Shown piece after piece: positions 22,041 through 37,000 of a DNA stretch of 54,157 nucleotides (its first letter is position 1; each line of letters starts with the position of its first letter). The stretch is from positions 1 to 54,157 of the forward strand of contig CAINNF010000020.1 in assembly GCA_903851045.1 (NCBI GenBank), given 5' to 3'. Source of the stretch: Candidatus Adlerbacteria bacterium. GTDB lineage: Bacteria; Patescibacteriota; Minisyncoccia; Phycocordibacterales; SBAW01. A program made the position numbers and the translations under genes. The notes beneath the pieces were generated by a model. It did no database searches and was not told the origin of the DNA. It saw only the letters and a program-made list of their open reading frames with translations.

Positions 22041-25000
22041 TTGCGCCCACCATGCATGCAAGCACCGATTACTATGTGGCGCACTAAAAGATGGAAACAG
22101 GTCGTCATGACGGTCGTGGCTCTTTGCGGTGTTGCCTACGTGCTGTGGCTCACGAGCGGTTTCGTATTGGCGTTTCGGCAAGTGAAGCGTGCTCATGTGT
22201 TCCCGACCAACGTTAACGCTATCGGTTGGAATAATGGCCAAGGCGCTCTGACGCAAGAGTTGCCGCCGCAGGCACCGTACGCGAGTTTTTTACAAAAAAA
22301 TTCCGCATATCTGTTCGTCGCGTCCTCTTCGTCAGCGATTATCGTACCGACCTCAGGCGGAGGAGGGGGAAGTGTTATCGATACGAGTCAACGTTCGGAT
22401 GGGACAACGAATGATGCATTAAGTGCGACCGCTACGCAAGCGACTACCACACAAGCGACTACCACACAAGCGGCCCCGACATCCCAGACATTTTCCGATG
22501 CCTCGACGACGCCCGCACAAGTGCCGGCTCCCGTCAGCGACACACCCGCTTCAGCCCCACTACCGACCTCATCAGACACGTCCTCACAGGTATTCTTGCC
22601 GATACCTCCCATCATCTCGCCTACGTCCACCCCCTCCACGCCCCCACCTCCGAGCGCTCCGGCACCGAGTAGTCAGGAGAGCACGACCACGAGCCTGCGT
22701 TCGGACCCCGCTTCGGACATGGCATTGCGGCTGGAACGAGTCGTTGCTGCGGTTTTCTCTGCTATCATCCCCCAAGCGTTTGCGACGTCGACCAGCGATA
22801 GCACCACGACACCAGTGGTCAGTACATCCACGCAAGATACGGACACGATTTCTGCGGCTCCCTCCGTGGACACTTCTGCGACTGCGGTCGCTACCTGTAC
22901 CGTGCTTGGAGACACGTGCCATATGTTGGAGTTCAGTGGTTTTTCGGTCGGAGGTTCTTTAACGAACAAAGAGTTTCAAAAAGCGGAGCTCAAGTTCTCG
23001 TTCGCACAGATGGCGAGCGAGTCGGACATGCGGGATGGGAAACTGTCGGTCCGCTACTTCCATAATGGACGGTGGCATAGTGCGGGGGAGATATATCTCA
23101 ACCAGGAACTGTCGAACGCGACGAACGGAGGCTATTTCACGCAGACGCTCGATGATGTCTCTGCGTGGGACGATCTAAGCGATATGCGAGTCGTGTTCGA
23201 GTATGAGCCGGGTGACGGTGCCAGTCCCGTGCAGCTCTACCTTGACGCAGTGTGGATCGACGCGGTCTATGTCGACCAGGTGCAGGACGTGCTCTCCGGC
23301 AATGTCAGTGACCCGACCGATGCTCCACAAAACATCTCGTTTGATGTTGCTTCGAACGTACAAGACTCGAACACGCTCATGTTGGACGATGGCAGCACGG
23401 TGTCGTTCCCGTTCCTGGATGCGCTCGATGATTCTTTGAGCGTACGTGTCGATCGGTCAACTTACCAAGGGTCGGCAACATCGACGGTCGTGTTCGCCAG
23501 CGTGACCAACACCGGGTCGAGCAAGGATACGTTCACCCTGTTCGCCTCGTTCCCTGGTGCGGTCGGGTCGGTGGCCGATGTGGCACAGTATCTGCGAAAT
23601 GTTCCGAACGAAGCGACCACGACCCAGACGAGCGACGTGACCTACTACTGCGATGTGGGATGGCAGCTCGCGTCGTCGATCGGACAGTACACCTGTGCTT
23701 CGACCAACGAAACGTATGTGTGTTCGACGGTGAGCGATACGAAAGCGAATTGTTTGGTGTCGAACGTGCCGGTCGGGGTCTCGACCAGTACGACCTATGG
23801 CAGTCAGTGGGTGTCGATGGGTATACATACAACGTCAGGCGTAGATGCGAAGGTCTCATCAGGATTACCCAAGGGGTATCAGATCGCCTATACGAGCGAC
23901 CGGTCGTTCGATGTCTTACCGGGACAGACGGTATATTTTCGCGTGACGCTCTCGACCCCCGACACGGGCAAGGTACGTTTCGTGTTATCGGCGAAAGGGG
24001 ATAACTACTTCGGCGATGTCGACTCCATGCGTCTGCAAAGCGGGACCTACCTTAAAGCGCAATCGAAGATCAAACAACAGACCAAGACGAAGCATGACTA
24101 TCTCAACGACCAGCTTTCGGAACAGTCGGACTTTAATGTCGACGAGTTGCCACAGTTCCACTTCAAGTTCAAGACACAGCGTGACTTCTTCACACGAGTG
24201 AAGGATTTCTTGTTCGGCAGGACCGTGCCCTATGCCGTACGGAGCGCACACCTGCGTCACGCGAGCGGCGAGATCGAGCATTTGCCGGTCGATATCGAGT
24301 ACGGAGCAAATGATGAGTGGACGCTCAAGCTCGAGAAACAGCAACGAGCCTTTCGTCCCGGCAAATATTCGATAGATCTCTCGATGCAAGAGGGTGGCAC
24401 TTCTTATGTCGATACGGTCGACTTCTACTGGGGTGTGCTCGCGATGAACCCCGATAAGTCGTCCTATGCGCCGGGCGAGACGGCCCACTTCGACATCGGT
24501 GCGCTCGATGATAAAGGTGACACGATGTGCGATGCGCAACTACTGCTGTCGGTCACCGACCCATCGGGCAACACGAGCGATGTGCCTGTGGTGAGCGGTG
24601 GTGGCTGCGGGAAGAATAACGTCACCTCGTTGCCCGACTTCGTCGCAGACTACACCACGAAGGACGAAGGGACGTACTCGCTCACATTGTCTCGACTCGA
24701 CGATGCGGGCAATATCGTGACCAGTGTGAGCAACGCGCTGACGGTCGTTAAGAGTGCACCGTACACGATCACCCGCACGGGGCCGACACGCATCTACCCG
24801 AAGTCGGCTTACCTGATGCAGATGCATATCGATGCGCCGCAAGGGTTCACCGGCAGCGTGGTCGAGACGCTGCCGGAAGGGTTCACGGTCACCGCGACGG
24901 ACGGTGCGGTGCTGTCGCGTGTGAATGGGGCCATCGATCTCACCTGGAACGTCTCTATAACGAACGGCGGTGGGAAGGACCTTTCGTACACCTTCAAAGC

Positions 25001-28000
25001 TCCCGAAGTGAGTCCGTACATGTACGCGCTCGGGCCACTGCAGCTGAACGACACCACCGGTACCGTCTTTACCGAAGGTCGGGCATGGCAGATCGCATCG
25101 GACGCCACCGCGATAGCGACGGGAGTAGCCTGGCTCGCGGGGAACGCGACCACCTTCGGCTCGAACCTGAGCAGCACCACCGCGTCTGCGCTGACGTGGA
25201 ATCTTTCGGCAGATTATGATTCAGCCTACTATGCATACTCGAGTAGCTCGCCTTCGCAGTTGGTCATCAATAAACCCGGAGATTACTTAGTGGCTTTGAC
25301 GCTGCCGATGGAGTCTACTGCAGCAGGAAGTTTCCGCACCGCTATCGAAGCCGACATACGCGTCAACGGCAACAAAGTGAACGCGGGAGTGTCGCGCGGG
25401 TATATTAGGACAAACAGCACTATGTTCGAGGTCTCAGATCACTTGTACCTGTTGCTACATAATCTGAACACCGGAGACTATATCGAGAGTTATGTGCACA
25501 ATCTGAGCACCAACAACGACACTATTAACATCGGTACTCAGGCAAGTCTGTACGCCGAGTATATCGACAACAGTCAAAATGTGTACTTTGGCGTCGGCAC
25601 CACAACTTCAAATGGTACCAATCTTAACCCCACAGCAAGTTCGACGGTGGTGTGGTACGATGACCCGACGCTTGGTAGAAAAGATTCGAATTATACGCAC
25701 ACGAATACTGACAACGCAGCTTCGAGCACGATCACACTTGCTGCCGCGGGGTCGTACTTGGTGTTGGTGAACGTTCCTCTGGATGGCGCAGTCACGAGTG
25801 CGAGTCCACGAGCCGATGTGCTGCTCAACAACATAAACGCGAGCGGCGCCGAATTTAAACAAGGATATATCGCCAATAGTACTGGTGTCACCGACTCGTC
25901 CTTGCAGTTTAGTGGTGTGGTAACGGCGACCACGACCAATGAGAGACTCCAGGTGAACCTCATCGTAGCTGGTGCAACAGGGGCGCTCACCGCGCTGAAC
26001 GATCAAGCATCGATCTATATCCAGCAACTACCCGCTTCAGGGATATATGTCGCGTCAGCGACGTCGACCTCCAACAACCTCACCACCAGTAATAACTGGA
26101 ACATTACTCCCGCGACAACCACACTGTGGACCACCGATCTTATCAAAGACGCGACCATATATGCCCACTCTACTTCGACACGATCGCAGCAGATCACCGT
26201 CGGCGCACCGGGCGACTACCTCTTGGCGCTCAACGACTCGCACACGGTCAACACCACGGTGACGAACCAGATAACGCAGGTGTTAGTGAACGGCACTCCT
26301 GTTGTTGGGGCGCAGACGAAATCGCATGACATCTACGCTAACACGCAAACGTCGGGTTCGTTGGTGTATCTCTTGCGCAACTTGGCTGCAAGTAGCACGG
26401 TAACGGTCACTACGGTATTAGACTCTGCAACGGGTATAGCGGTTGAAGACAAACCAGCGCTGCTCATGTTGTGGCACAAATCGGCGCAGAGTTCCTTCAT
26501 ACAAGATACGGAACGATGGTATACGAACGTCAACGCCGAACCACCCACCGACCCATGGCCGTCGGGCGGTATCGACCTGAACGAAGGCGACCCCATCACC
26601 ACGGGTGTTGCGGTGAAGTCGGGAGATGTCCTGCGCCTTCGTATGGCGCTCACGGCAAACGTGAACACGATCGCGGGTGCGGACTCGTTCAAACTCCAAT
26701 ATGCGCCGGGGACGACGTGCTCGCTCGCGCTCGCATGGACGGACGTCGGTGCTATCGGCAGCGGCTCCATCTGGCGCGGGTACCACAACGCAGCGCTCTC
26801 GGCGGGGCAAACGCTCTCGACGACCACGCTCTCGGTATCGTCCACGACCGAGACGTACGAAGAGCAGAACCCTTCTGCGGTCACGCCGCACTCGGTCGTT
26901 GTTGGGACGGACGCCGAGTGGGATTGGGTGTTGCAGGATAATGGCGCGTCGGTCGGGACCAACTACTGCTTCCGTATGGTGCAGTCCAGCGGACAGGTGC
27001 TCAAGGACTACAACGATTATCCGCAGCTCATCACGAACAACACGCCCGATGTGCCGACGCTTGATGCACCGTTCGATAACGAGAAGACCGCGAGCACGAG
27101 TCCATGGTTCACGTTCACGACGTCGGACGACAATGGTGATGATATCCATTACGAGGTCCAAGTGAGTACGGACCCTGCGTTCGGTTCCACGGTCATCGAC
27201 GAGGATTCCGCGACCTATTACACTAAATTTACGAATACGACGAACTCGGCGGACAAAGCTCCGTTCGGTGGTGGCCAGATCATCCAGTACACTCCGACGA
27301 TCTCACTTTCCAGTGGTACGACCTATTGGTGGCGGGTGCGCGCGAAGGACCCGAACGGGACGAACACCTGGAGCAGTTATTCGTCGGCGCAAAGTGTGAC
27401 GATCGATTCGTCGGTTACGGTGTCGACCTGGTTCCAAACGACACAAGGGCAGTTCGCGAACGACACGCTTTCGAACGTGAGCGCAACGGGTTCAAACGAT
27501 GTGCAGCTGTCGGGAGCGAACACGAGCGGTACCATCTATTCGCCGCCGATTGACTATACGGTGCACACCTCGGGCAACTCGTGGGGCACCGTGTCGTGGA
27601 CGAACACGCAAAGCGCGGGTAATACCATCACGTACCATGTCGAATATTTTACATCGACGAGTACATGGGCGGTCATTCCCAATAGCGATCTGCCGGGCAA
27701 CTCGACCGGGACGACGACGGGACCCATTATTCTGACGCAACTGGATCCAAGCGTGTACAATCTTATCCGTGTTCGAGGCGATTTTGTGAAGACCACGACG
27801 ACCCCGATACTCAGCGATTGGACCGTCTCGTGGGCACTTTCCGTCGCTCAGCCGTCGCTCATAACCTTGTTCGATAACGAAAAGACGGCGACAACGACGC
27901 CGACGTTCACGTTCACGACGACCGACCCGCAAGGGGATGATCTGCAGTATCAGCTCGAATGGTCGACCGATGCGACGTTCGCGACCGGTGTGACGATACG

Positions 28001-31000
28001 CACTTCGGGTACCGACCCTGGCTTTCTGAACACCGCATCATCTACCGATACATCACCGTTCGTATCGGGCAACACCGTTAGTTTTACGGTACAATCCGCT
28101 GATCGGCTCGCGAGCAGTACGACCTATTGGTGGCGCGTGCGCGCCGAGGATCCCAACGGAGGAAAAGCCTACTCGCTGTGGTCATCACCGCAGAGCTTTA
28201 CAACCGACACAACCGTACAGTCTTCGACCTGGTTCCAAACGACGAACGATCAATTTGGCGAAGACTTTCTCACACGCACCGGTACTTCGGGTGGTGGCGT
28301 GACCGCGACCTCGACGACCGGCAATATCGCCATCTATCGTGCGAACGCCGGGAACGACCCGATCACCACCGCTACGTTCAACAACTATTGGGATACGACG
28401 GTGCGCCAAGACAGTATCTTCTCGCTTCCCAGCACGACGACCATCCAACTACTTGCAACGGGTCACTACGCGGTCATGTACGGGTTGCGGTTCCGTTCAT
28501 CCAGCGGCACGAACCGTTCTGAGATCCAATCATATCTCAACCTCGCTGGTAACAGTCTCCCGATCGGTTGGTCACAGGCGTTCATCCGGCGCAATGGTGC
28601 TGCCACCCAAGGCTTCTCCTCGGGAGGGGGTATCATCAATGTGACGAGTTACAACGCACCGCTCATCGTACAATCCTTCAGGACCGATACGAACACGACG
28701 GCGGGTGTGATGCGAGAGGCGACGTCGTCCGGCGTATCGATCATCAAGTTGGATGATGCGTGGAGTTATGCGCGTTTGAGCAAAGCGACCAAGCAGACAG
28801 GGCCGATCTCGACGTCATGGATGCCCGTGACCTGGGACCACGAGGATGAGATTGACACGACCGCCTACGCCCACGCAAGTGGTGCCAGTGGCCTGACGCT
28901 CAAGAACCCTGGGCACTATCTGGTGTTCGCGAACACGTACGGATCGCTCAGAACCAACGTTTCCTCTATGGTCGACCAGAAGCTGAAGCTCGACAATGCC
29001 GATATCGACGGCAGCTTTACGACGGTGTTCATGAACGGTAACGCGAACTCCGACGGTGACTACCAAGGTGCCGCATCGGTCGGCACCATCATCCAGTCGA
29101 CGACCACGAACCAGGTGTTGACCGTCCAGGTGGCGCGCAGTCTCGGTACGGCGGCGTGGACGATCGACGGGACGTTCAGTGGTGCGTACGTCAACCGCTC
29201 GGGACTCACGGTGGTGAAGCTTCCTGATGCGGATTTTATTCGTCTGCAAAATTCGACGAGCACGAACATGGACCCGACCGCACTCACACCACTCACGTGG
29301 AATACCGAAGCCGAGAAGGATGCCTCGTTCACACACAGTACGACCACTACCACGAACAAAATCACCGTGAACACTGCGGGTGATTACCTGTTCCTTACGG
29401 CCAACTACGCGGCACCCGGTACGACCGCGAACGCACAGCCGATGCAGGGGTGGCGCAAGAACGCCGGTACGCTCGAGTTGTACGGGCAATCCGGGAGCTT
29501 CAATAGCACCGCGGTCACCGACACCGGCTCGTTCGGTGGTATCGTGTACCCCGGCGTTGCGGCCACTGACTACTTCGAATCCATCGCCCAGGCGCGCGGC
29601 ACCACGGGCACCGTGGGCGAGACGAAAAAAGGTATACAGGGGCTGCGTATCGGGTCACTCGCTGAAGCGGATACGAATCCAAAGACGGTCGAGTCTCCCG
29701 ACATCGTATTTAGTAGTGGTACCGGACCGAAATGGTCGACATTCTCGTGGAACGACTCGCGACCCGCATCGACGAATATCGTCTACCAGGTACTGTACCT
29801 CACCGCCTCCAGTACCTATGCGCTCGTGCCGGACGCGGTACTCCCTGGCAACTTCAACGGCTTCTCTACGACGTCGTCATCGGTGAATATCAGCAACCTG
29901 AACCGCACGACCTATGGGACACTGCGTACACTCGCCACCTTCACCTGTGCCGCAGGTAATTGTCCGACGCTCAACGACTGGACGGTCAGCTGGGCGCAGG
30001 GCATCAACGTGTCGGGTATCGCAAAGACGTTCGATCAGTCGACCAATGCCACCTACGGCACGGTCGGGGTCGCGGTCAATGGCGTCCTGCAAGCAGGGAA
30101 GACCGGTACCATCTCCTCCAGCGGTACCTGGACGATACCGAACGTGACGGCGTTCACAGGTGACGTCATCACTGTGTTCGTGAGTACGACCACGAGCGCG
30201 ACCCGTGCGGTCGCGGTCACCAAATATACTAGTACGAACGACATCACCGGCATGAAGCTCTACCAGATGCACCTTACGCTCGGCTCCGACGATAACCCGA
30301 CGCTCACGAACACCGACATCTCCCAGTACGACAATTCGGTCTCGGGTAACAGCGCCATCTTCGATGATGTGTCTGGCGGGACTCTCAATGTGTGCGCAGG
30401 CACCGCGTGTGCGAACGCGCGGCTTCTTGTCTCGTCCGGCACTGTGTATGAGCCGGGGGCCTCGGGTGGTAACGTGACGACACCGAATATACAAATCGAT
30501 GGGACACTCATTGCTGATGCGAATACGATTACCGTCACTCGCTCGTGGAAGAATAATGCCACGTTCAACAAAGGTTCATCCACGGTCATCTTCGCTGCAA
30601 CCAGTACGAACGAAAGTATTGATTCGACCAACGCGACGTCGAGTGCGGCGTTCAACAATGTGACGTTCGGCCAGACCTCAAGCACTGCGACATGGACCCT
30701 ACTGAGTCCGCTCTACGCGAGCAGTACGCTTGCAATCAATTATGGGACACTGCAAAACGGCGCGAATCCGATGGTACTCTCGGGCGACTTAACCATAGGG
30801 GCGAGTGGTTACTTCAGTCATGGTACCGGCACGACCACGTTCATGGGGACGGGGACTAATGTATGGACCGACAATAATTCGACCACCCAAGATATGGGCA
30901 CGGTCGTCATCGATGGTACGACGAAGACGGTGCAACTTGGTTCTGCCGTCAAGGCGACGAACATAACCATCGGCGCTGATGATACGCTCAATGCGAGCAG

Positions 31001-34000
31001 TGGCAACTACGGTATTACCGTCACTGGTAATTGGACGAACAACAATGTGTTTACTGCGCAGAACGGCACCGTGACCTTCGTCGCGACGACGACGGGCAAG
31101 ACCATCACGCCAGGCACATCAAGTTTTTATAACCTTACCTTCAATGGTGCTGGAGGCAACTGGGCGTTCGCGGGCGGTACGGTGACGGTTGGGAACAACT
31201 TCACCGTAGCGACCGGTACGGTCACGCTCCCGACCGGCACCACGACCGTGGCAGGATCCTTTGACGCATCAGGTGGTATTTTTGTGCACAACAACGGTGC
31301 CGTGTTGTTCACGTCGGGGCTATCGCAGACCATCAACCCAGGCGTGTCGAGCTTCTACGACCTCGCGTTCAACGGGTCGGGTGCATGGACCTTTACCGGT
31401 ACCAACGCGACCAGTTCGCGCAACACCACCATAACGTCCGGCAGTGTGACATTGCCGTCCGGCATCTTTGCTGTCGGCGGATCGTTCATAAAGAATGGCG
31501 GCTCGTTCTCGCACAACAACGGCACGATCAAGTTCACCGCCTCGACCGCACAAACGATCAACCTTAACGCGTCGAGCGCCTACAACCTGCTGTTCACGGG
31601 GAGTGGCGCCTGGGCATTCCTCGATACGAACGCGACGATTGGTGGTTCGGTCACGTTCCAAGGTGGTACGACAACACTTCCTTCAGGTACGCTCACCATA
31701 GGCGGATCCTTGGTCAGTGCTGGTGGTGCCTTTGCACATAACAACGGTACGGTCAGCTTTACCGCGGCATCGACCGGGTTTGCGGTGACCCCCGGCTCCT
31801 CATCGTTCTACAACCTCATATTCAACTCATCGTCCGGTGGTTGGACCATCACGGGTAATGCGACCTCGACGAACAACACGACGATCAACAGTGCTTCGAG
31901 TTGGACGTTGAACCCTGGTACGACGCTCGCGGTCGGCGGAACGTTCGCTAACAATGTCGGCGGCTCGACGACGACCTTCACCAATTCGACGCTCTACCTC
32001 AATTCAGGCACGAGTTATTCTCTGGATACGAAAACCGCGGGCGGGGATGTGTACGGCACGCTCCTCGTCGGTGCGAACACGAACGTCCGCATGTGGAACT
32101 CCTCGGCTGCGACCACGACGGTCAACTCGACCGGCTCGCTCTACTCGCAGAACCATGCGGGCGTATCTGGAGCGCTCTATATATATGGAGCATTCACGAG
32201 TTCGAGCAACGAATACTGGAGCTACTCGAATGACTTCGATGGGACGGCGCTCACGGGCGGCAGTCAGCGCCAGGTGCAAGTACGTATCGCGAGCAGCTCG
32301 AGCGTCACCTTCTCGGGAGGGACGCTCAAGATGGTCGGAACCACCACCGCCACGACCACGATCAGCAACCAGGGTATCGGCACCTATTCGTTCAGTGTCA
32401 CGGGGGGTACGCTCAATGCGCAGTATTACCAGATAAGTAGTACGACGGCGGCAGGACTCTCCCTGTCGGGTACGACGAACATCACATCGCTCAGTAATGG
32501 CGACTTCACGTTGTCGCTTCCGACCGGGGGCACCTCGATGACCATCAACTCGACCGTGATCGACCAGAATCCACTCCTCCAGATCCAACAGGTTCGATTC
32601 GCGACCTCGACCGGTGTCACGAGCGGATACAACGTGACCGAAGTCGGTACGCCAGCCTCGTACTGGTGGTTCAGGAATCACTACGGCAACTTCGCGGGAG
32701 AGGCGTACGATAATGATCCAGGTGGTAACCCCGGCTACATCCGATGGGACGACTCTGGGTACAACATCACCGTATCGGGTCACGTCTATGCGGACCACGG
32801 GTCGACGCTGATTGGTAATCCGCCGTGCGATGGCTCGACGGCTGTCGTGACGCTCGTGGTCGGAACGACCACTTACTCTGGTTCGTGCGGTCTGCTCACT
32901 GGTGCGTACAGTATCTCGAACGTGCAGTTCACTGGTGATGTCGACCTCGTCGCCTATCTGAACACCAACGGTGGTAAGCGCGCGGTCACGGTGACCAAGA
33001 CGCCGACCGCGAGCATCTCCGACCTCGATCTCTATCAGAATTCCCTTATCGTCCGACACGAAGGAGTGACGCCTATCACGATCACCGATCTCGCAGGGTT
33101 CGATTCCACGCGCGACTCGGACGTGTTCTTCGCCGCCGCGACCAGCACCATGACGCTCGTCACGCAACCGAACACCGAACTGTATGTGTGGCAGGGCAAG
33201 ACGTTCGCGCCAGGTGGAAATGTGACGCTCCAGTCAGGAGGGTCGGGGAGCGCGCTCGATGGCCGTCTCTATCTTGCGACGAACGCGACCTTCACAGCGG
33301 TCGGTACGCAGTCGCACTCGATCGGCGGAGGTCTAACGATCGGTTCGGGCGCGACCTTCACGGCGGCGAACTCGACGGTGACCTTCACGGCGACCACGAC
33401 GGGCAAGTCCATCACTGCTTCGTCGCCACTCACGCTGTATAACCTTGTGTTCAACGGTACGGGCGGTCAGTGGTCGCTCGATAGCAGTGCGCTCACGACC
33501 GTGACCCATGCGCTCACGATGACCGCCGGCACATTGGTTGGGACGGGAGACATGACCGTCCAGTCAGGCGATGTGACCGGTAGTGGCACCATAGCAATGA
33601 CCAATGGTACGTTCACGATCAGTAGTACCGGCAACTTCGGGTCGAGTAATACGTGGCAATTCAAGAACCTAACCTTCGGGGATGGTGTGTCTACCAACAC
33701 GACGACGAAGACCGGTGCAGGTACGACGACGGTGACCGGCGCATTGACCATCGCCACGAACCAGACGCTCAATGCAAGTTCCTCCGCTTGGTTGCTCACG
33801 GGTGGCGGAACGCCGTTCGTTATCGGTGGCACGCTCAATCCGCAAAGTGCTCCGTTCACCTATGCGGCCACCACCGCCACCACTATCGCGAACGCCAATT
33901 ACGCCGCGCTCATATTGGCACCCTCGGGTGCTGGAAGTCCGACCTACACGCTCAGTGGTGGCACGCCGACCATCGGGATTCTTACCGTGGGCGACGGAGC

Positions 34001-37000
34001 GAACCCGGTCACGGTAACGGCTGATACGAACGATCCATCGATCGCACTTTCGGGCACCATGCGCATCAGTGCGGGCGCGACCTATGTCGCATCGAATGTC
34101 GGTGCGTTCACGGTCGGTGGGAGCTGGATCAATGCGGGGACCTTTACCAACTCCGGCGCGGCAGTGCTCTTTACTGCGACGGCGACCGGTAACACTATCC
34201 AGCCCGGCACCTCGCCGTTCTATGATGCGACCTTCAACTCGTCTTCGGGTGGGTGGACCATTGCGAGCAATGCGACCACGACGCATGACCTGACGCTCAC
34301 GAGCGCGACGAACTTCACCGTGAATCCGAACACGACCCTTGCGGTCGGAGGAACCTTCACGAACAATGTGAGCGGCTCGGCGACCGCGTTCGCGTCCTCG
34401 ACGCTCTACCTCTACTCGGGAACCAGTTACAGTATCAACACGAAATCAGCGAGCACCGAGACCTACGGCACGCTTCTCATCGATGCGAACACCAACATAC
34501 GTATGTGGAACTCATCGGCCGCGACCACGACGGTCAACTCCTCAGGCTCGCTCTACTCTATGAACCATGGGGGCGTGAATGGTGCGCTCGATATCTGGGG
34601 TACGTATACACGAAGTACTGGCAGCGACTATTGGAGCTACTCGACGGACTTTGATGGGACGGATATCTCGGGTGCGCCGCGCAAGGTCAACGTATCTATC
34701 GCGTCGAGTTCGTCGCTCACGTTCTCGGGAGGAGTACTTGATATCATCGGTGGGCCGACCGCATCGACGACCGTCACCAACCAGGGTGCGGGTACGTACT
34801 CGCTCAGCGTGAGCGGCGGCACGTTGTATGCGAACTATTATGAGTTCAGGAACCTCGGCGCGAGCGGTCTCAATCTTTCTGGAACTCCCACCATCACGTC
34901 GCTCAGTTACGGTGACTTCCTGCTTGGTATCGCCGGAGGAACGGCGATGACGGTTACGGGTTCTGTTATCGACGCGAACCCACTTAAGGTCATCAAGTAT
35001 GTAAAGTTCGCGACGACGACGAGTATCGGCGGCTACAACGTGACCGAGATCGGGACCCCGAGCAGTTCGTGGAAGTTCAACCTGCACTACGGCAATCTGG
35101 CGGGCGAAGCGTTCGACAACGATCCAGGCGGAAACCCCGGGTATGTACGTTGGGACGACAGTGCGTCGCAGATCACCATATCGGGGCACGTGTATTCGGA
35201 CGAAGGCACGACGGTAAGTACGGTGTGCGACAACTCGACCCAGAACGTGAAGCTCGTGGTCGAAGGCTCAACGAGCTTCACCTCGTCCTGCAATAGCTCC
35301 ACGGGTGCATACAGTATCCCGGGAGTGTCGTTCAACCCGGGTGACACGTTGACGTTGTATCTCGACACCAATGGCGGAAAGCGCGCCGCGGACGTGTCGG
35401 TCGACCCCATCTCGAACATTACCGGCATGGACCTCTACGAGAATCGCGTTATCGTCCGTCACGAGGACACGGTGCCGATCACCATCGCCGATATGTCGCA
35501 GTACACGTCCGCCAACGATAGCGACATACCGTTCTCGACGGTCATCAGCAGTACCAATACGCTGACGCTGCCGCCGAACACCAAACTTATCGTGTGGACG
35601 GGCAAAACGTTCGCACCTGCGGGTAATGTGACCATCCAGTCCGGCGGTGGTGCGAACACGTATGACGGCACGCTCGAGGTGCAAGCGGGCGGATCGTTCT
35701 CCGCGGCCAGCACACAGACACACACCATCGGGGGCAGTCTCATCTTCGATTCGGGTGCGACGTTGACGAGCGCGAACTCGACCTTTACCTTTACAGCGAC
35801 CACGACGGGCAAGACCATTACACCTCCCGCGAGTTCATCGTTCTACAACATGACCTTTAACGGTGCTGGCGGCAACTGGGCGTTCTCTTCGAGCGCCACG
35901 ACGACCAACGACTTTACGGTGACCGCGGGTACCGTGACGCTCCCAACCGGCACGCTGTCGGTCGGTGGGTCACTACAGAACAACGGTGGTACGTTGGTGC
36001 ATAACAACGGCTCTGTCCTGCTCACGGCAACCGCAAGCGGCAAGACCATCAAGGTCGGGACCTCGACGCTGTACAACCTGACCTTCAACGGGGTGAGTGG
36101 CGGGTGGACGTTCTCGGACGCCAATGCGACCACATCGAACACGCTCACGATCTCGAACGGCGCAGTGACGCTTCCGTCCGGTACGCTCTCGATAGGGAAC
36201 TCGTTCCTCAATACGGGCGGCACGTTCACGCACAACGGTGGTACGGTGAAGTTCACGGCGACCGCGACGGGTAAACAGATACAGGCGAACAGCTCGAGCT
36301 TCAATACGCTCTTGTTCAACGGTATCGGTGGTAGTTGGACCATGCTCGACACGAATCTCACGGCGCTCGGTGATGTGACTGTCGCGACCGGCACCGTCGT
36401 GTTCCCGCCGGGCGTGTTCACGGTCAGTGGGTCCCTCATCGCTTCCACCGGAGCGTTCAGTAATAATAGCGGTACGGTGACGTTTGCTGCGACCGCGACT
36501 GGAAAGAGTGTGACTCCGGGTACTTCTTCCTTCTATAATCTTATCTTTGACTCTACCTCCGGTGGTTGGACCGTTACCGGCAACGCCACCTCAACGAACA
36601 ATACGACGATCAATAACGCCTCGAGCTTTATCGTGAGTCCGGGAGTGACGCTCGCGGTCGGCGGCACCTTCACCAACAACGGGAACATTTCGAACACGAC
36701 GTTTGCCACCTCGACGCTCTACCTCTACTCGGGTACCAGTTATTCGATTAACACGAAATCAGCGAGCACAGAGACCTACGGCACGCTCTTGATCGGTGCG
36801 AACACGAACATCCGCATGTGGAACTCCTCCGCAGCGACGACCACGGTTAACTCAACCGGCTCGCTCTATTCTATGGATCATGGAGGTGTGAACGGAGCGC
36901 TGAACATCTGGGGTACGTACACGCGAAGTGCGGGGAGCGACTACTGGGACTACGCGACCGACTTCGACGGCACGGCGCTCGGCGGCGGTAGTCGACCAGT

